This document shows, piece by piece, positions 61,446 to 64,000 of a stretch of 64,000 bases of DNA. The notes below the pieces were generated by a model, which did not search any database, was not told where the DNA came from, and was given only the letters and a program-made list of their open reading frames with translations. A program made the translations under genes and the position numbers. The DNA is taken from positions 64,001 through 128,000 of the IMG/VR virus record IMGVR_UViG_3300020442_000006; one strand, given 5' to 3'. The DNA comes from a virus. The first letter of the stretch is position 1, and each line of letters starts with the position of its first letter.

Positions 61446-62075
61446 CTATACCTTTATCTCGTTTAAGATCCCGCTTAAGTTGCCTGAGGAACTTAAGATG
61501 TAGTTTAAGTTGATTATGCATCGATAGTCATTGTACTGCGGATTACTGCTCGCGTGAAAGTTATGACCATCGAAGATAATAAACCTACCTTGACGTGGTT
61601 CGATCTTAGTTTTCAGCGTCAGTTTCTTACGTGATCCATCGTACATTTCATTGAAGAAGAACGTAGGACCATCTGAATCGTTCACATAATACAGCAACGT
61701 CATATGTGGAAAATCATAATCCACGTGTGGTGTATGGTATAGATGCTTCGATTCTTTCTTAGTTAATAGATTGATTTTGATACGTCTGAACTTTTCAAAG
61801 TCTCCTAGTTCGTCAGCGAAGTTCTCAGAAATATATTTCCACAGTGGTTCCACCACAATATCCCAAGCGTGTTGGGAAGAAATTTCTCCGTGGTTGTTTA
61901 CAACTGTGTGCTGAAACTGGGGATCCTCCCCCGACAATTCATCGGGGATAGAATCATTGAACTTAGGGTCATACCCAGTTGTTTCAGTAATCATATACCA
62001 AGGCCAATACGGACTATTCAATAGTCTTGCCTTGATGGGTTCCGACACAGTGGTCGGGACTTCACCAATAAACAT
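61446..62075 (-). CDS. 2OG-Fe(II) oxygenase
   Basis: PHVD, LYYVNDSDGPT, FHASS and RCIINLN motifs. Confidence 0.85.
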   Translation of the reverse strand: MFIGEVPTTVSEPIKARLLNSPYWPWYMITETTGYDPKFNDSIPDELSGEDPQFQHTVVNNHGEISSQHAWDIVVEPLWKYISENFADELGDFEKFRRIKINLLTKKESKHLYHTPHVDYDFPHMTLLYYVNDSDGPTFFFNEMYDGSRKKLTLKTKIEPRQGRFIIFDGHNFHASSNPQYNDYRCIINLNYILSSSGNLSGILNEIKV

Positions 62076-62077
62076 AG

Positions 62078-63268
62078 TTAAAGTTTGAAACCAGAGAACG
62101 TATCTTTTTTAATGTCTTGTTTGATTGCTCCTACAACATAGGATTCAATCTCTGTTTCCTGTGGTGCATTCTGTTGACCTTTAGAGTTCAACCAATGATT
62201 TGTCCAAGGAAGTGGATTGTTTCTAGCAGGAATATCGTAGATAGGATCGATGCCGATCGCTTTCATTCTACGGTTAGCAGTCCACTCAACATATTGTCCG
62301 AGAAGTTTAGCATTGAGTCCGATCATTGAACCATCTTTGAACAGATACTCTGCCCAGTCCTTCTCTTCTTCTACACAACGTTGGAACATTTCAACAACGT
62401 TGTCTTTTTCCTCTTTGATGATGTCGATCATATCAGGATCGTCACCGTCTGCCCACTTGTTAAGAATGTTCTGAGTGATTACGAGGTGCTGTGATTCATC
62501 ACGTGCAATAAGTGAAATGATCTTAGCAGATCCTTCCATCTTTTTAAGTTCACCGAATCCAAAAGAACAAGCGAATGAAACATAGAAGCGAATACCCTCA
62601 AGGATATTCACATTCATAACTGCTCTATAGAGTCTACGCTTAAGTTCTTTCTTCTCCCAGTAAGCAGAAGGAGAATCTTTCCAGTCCTTCTTCCACCAGT
62701 TACCTTGTCCCCATTCCTGTGCGTAGTTGATGAACTCATCATACGCTTCAGTCACAGACTTAGCACGTGCAATAATTCTTTCGTCGTCAAGAATCGTATC
62801 GAAAACCTCTTCTGGATTTGAGTAAACGTTCTTGATGATGTATGTGTAAGAGCGACTATGGATCATCTCCATAAACTCCCACGCAATCATCGCAGACTCA
62901 AGTTCAGGTAGTGAGCAATATGGAATGAATGCCATCCCAGGACCACGACCTTGTACAGAGTCAAGGAGGATCTGGTACCGTAGATTGCTCGTAAAGATGT
63001 GCTTTTGTGCATCAGTTAATTCTTGAAAGTCAGAACGATCCTTTTGGAGAGACACCTCTTCGGGTCTCCAGAAGAATCCTAATTGTGAATTGGTTAGTCT
63101 ATCAAAGACAGGATACTTAAAACCATCGTATCTCTGGACACCAAGTGGTTGTCCAAAGAACATAGGTTGTTTCTTAGTATCGTGTTGTGTTTGATTAAAT
63201 ACTGTAATTTTATCGATGCCTGTTTTTTTATTGTCTTCGGATGAGACCTTAAACTTTGCAACTGTCAC
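62078..63268 (-). CDS. nrdB: Class Ia ribonucleotide reductase beta subunit
   Basis: FWRPEEV, LLDSVQ, EMIHSRSY, LEGIRFY, RDESQH, APQE.E..SY. Confidence 0.97.
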   Translation of the reverse strand: MTVAKFKVSSEDNKKTGIDKITVFNQTQHDTKKQPMFFGQPLGVQRYDGFKYPVFDRLTNSQLGFFWRPEEVSLQKDRSDFQELTDAQKHIFTSNLRYQILLDSVQGRGPGMAFIPYCSLPELESAMIAWEFMEMIHSRSYTYIIKNVYSNPEEVFDTILDDERIIARAKSVTEAYDEFINYAQEWGQGNWWKKDWKDSPSAYWEKKELKRRLYRAVMNVNILEGIRFYVSFACSFGFGELKKMEGSAKIISLIARDESQHLVITQNILNKWADGDDPDMIDIIKEEKDNVVEMFQRCVEEEKDWAEYLFKDGSMIGLNAKLLGQYVEWTANRRMKAIGIDPIYDIPARNNPLPWTNHWLNSKGQQNAPQETEIESYVVGAIKQDIKKDTFSGFKL

Positions 63269-64000
63269 AGTCTTCCTCTGCCTCCAAAAGTTCGTTTACT
63301 AGTTGATCAACGCTTTGCGTTAGTTGTACGGTTGGTTCTTCTTCACCATCTTTCTTATTGTCATAAGTGTTATGATAGTAACTTGTCTTCCAACCGTACT
63401 TGTAAGTAGTCAATAGGTCCATTGCCATAACGGAAGAGGGGACTTCGTTGTTTTCATAATTGCCTGGATTATAACTCCAGTTGCCACTGATTGCTTGGTC
63501 GAAGAACTTTTGCATCACAGCGACAATTTTAATATAACCTTCGTTGGAAGGCATATCCCATAGTAGGGTGTATTTATTTTTTAAGTATGGAAAACCTGGA
63601 ACAATCTGCTTAAGAGGTCCTTTCTTTGATTTCTTAATGGACAAGTAGTCTCTAGGCGGTTCGATTCCATTGGTAGCGTTTGACACAACGGAACTAGATT
63701 CCGATGGCATTTGTGCGGACAGAGTGCTGTGCCTGAGTCCGAACTCTTTGATAGAAGACCTAAGACTATCCCAATCATAAGCAAGATCTACGTTTGTAAT
63801 TTCATCTACCTCACTCTTATATGTATCGATAGGAAGAATTCCATCTGCATACTTTGTGTGTTGGAATCCATCACACGCACCCTTCTCCATTGCCAGAGCA
63901 TTTGATGCCTTGAGCAAGTTGAATTGGAATGACTCAGTTAGTTGATGAACGATGTCATATGCACCCTGATCATCATACTTGAAACCATTCTTAGCAAGGT
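63249..64000 (-). CDS. nrdA: Ribonucleotide reductase alpha subunit, C-terminal part; continues beyond the right edge
   Basis: LSAQMPSESSS..NATNGIEP, DQAISGN, KT.YY, C-terminal CDSC; frame open to 64000. Confidence 0.95.
   Translation of the reverse strand, partial: LAKNGFKYDDQGAYDIVHQLTESFQFNLLKASNALAMEKGACDGFQHTKYADGILPIDTYKSEVDEITNVDLAYDWDSLRSSIKEFGLRHSTLSAQMPSESSSVVSNATNGIEPPRDYLSIKKSKKGPLKQIVPGFPYLKNKYTLLWDMPSNEGYIKIVAVMQKFFDQAISGNWSYNPGNYENNEVPSSVMAMDLLTTYKYGWKTSYYHNTYDNKKDGEEEPTVQLTQSVDQLVNELLEAEEDCDSCKV

Noticed and set aside
61157-61503. Track ORFs 61157..61387 (-) and 61321..61503 (+)
   Set aside because: They overlap the riboswitch-like elements in unsupported frames; the 56-aa nested ORF and the aptamers explain the region better
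55427-63268. Introns or inteins in psbA or nrdB
   Set aside because: Both ORFs are continuous and of normal length
1670-63905. Most plus-strand ORFs in the track (e.g. 2519..3055, 34611..35165, 37115..37663)
   Set aside because: They lie fully antisense to well-supported minus-strand genes and have no recognisable motifs; only 40862..43182 has real plus-strand genes

Overview
64-kb segment of a T4-like marine cyanomyophage (Kyanoviridae-type) genome, probably infecting Synechococcus or Prochlorococcus. Almost all genes are on the minus strand; only gp48, gp53 and one small ORF are on plus. From the left end: (i) small early genes and an SF2 helicase with a recurring non-canonical early-promoter architecture; (ii) a tightly coupled run of six 2OG-Fe(II) oxygenase-fold genes, two related hypotheticals and two flavin-dependent (PrnA-like) halogenases, lying directly downstream of Gly-rich tail-fibre genes; (iii) a tail-fibre/virion block; (iv) an accessory island with tRNA-Thr, two cpeT-like lyases, an orphan Phd-like antitoxin and a psbN-like gene; (v) the baseplate/tail module (gp5, cp12, hub, two tape-measure-like genes, gp51, gp26, gp54-like, gp2, gp4, gp48, gp53); (vi) the T4 core (gp32, gp33, exonuclease, phoH, thyX, rnh, nrdC); (vii) a small porin, tRNA-Ser, a 1218-aa virion-type protein, psbA, three hli genes, tRNA-Arg, a GIY-YIG nuclease, talC, nrdB and a partial nrdA. 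The strongest leads are a candidate -1 programmed frameshift fusing gp26 to gp51 just upstream of the tape-measure genes (lambda G/GT-like), a tandem glutamine-II (Downstream-peptide) riboswitch-like element with an ORF nested in the second aptamer, the oxygenase/halogenase cassette, a Tlde1-like L,D-transpeptidase domain on a tail protein, and two CDSs whose stop codons lie inside tRNA genes. All family assignments come from motif recognition by eye; no database searches were run.
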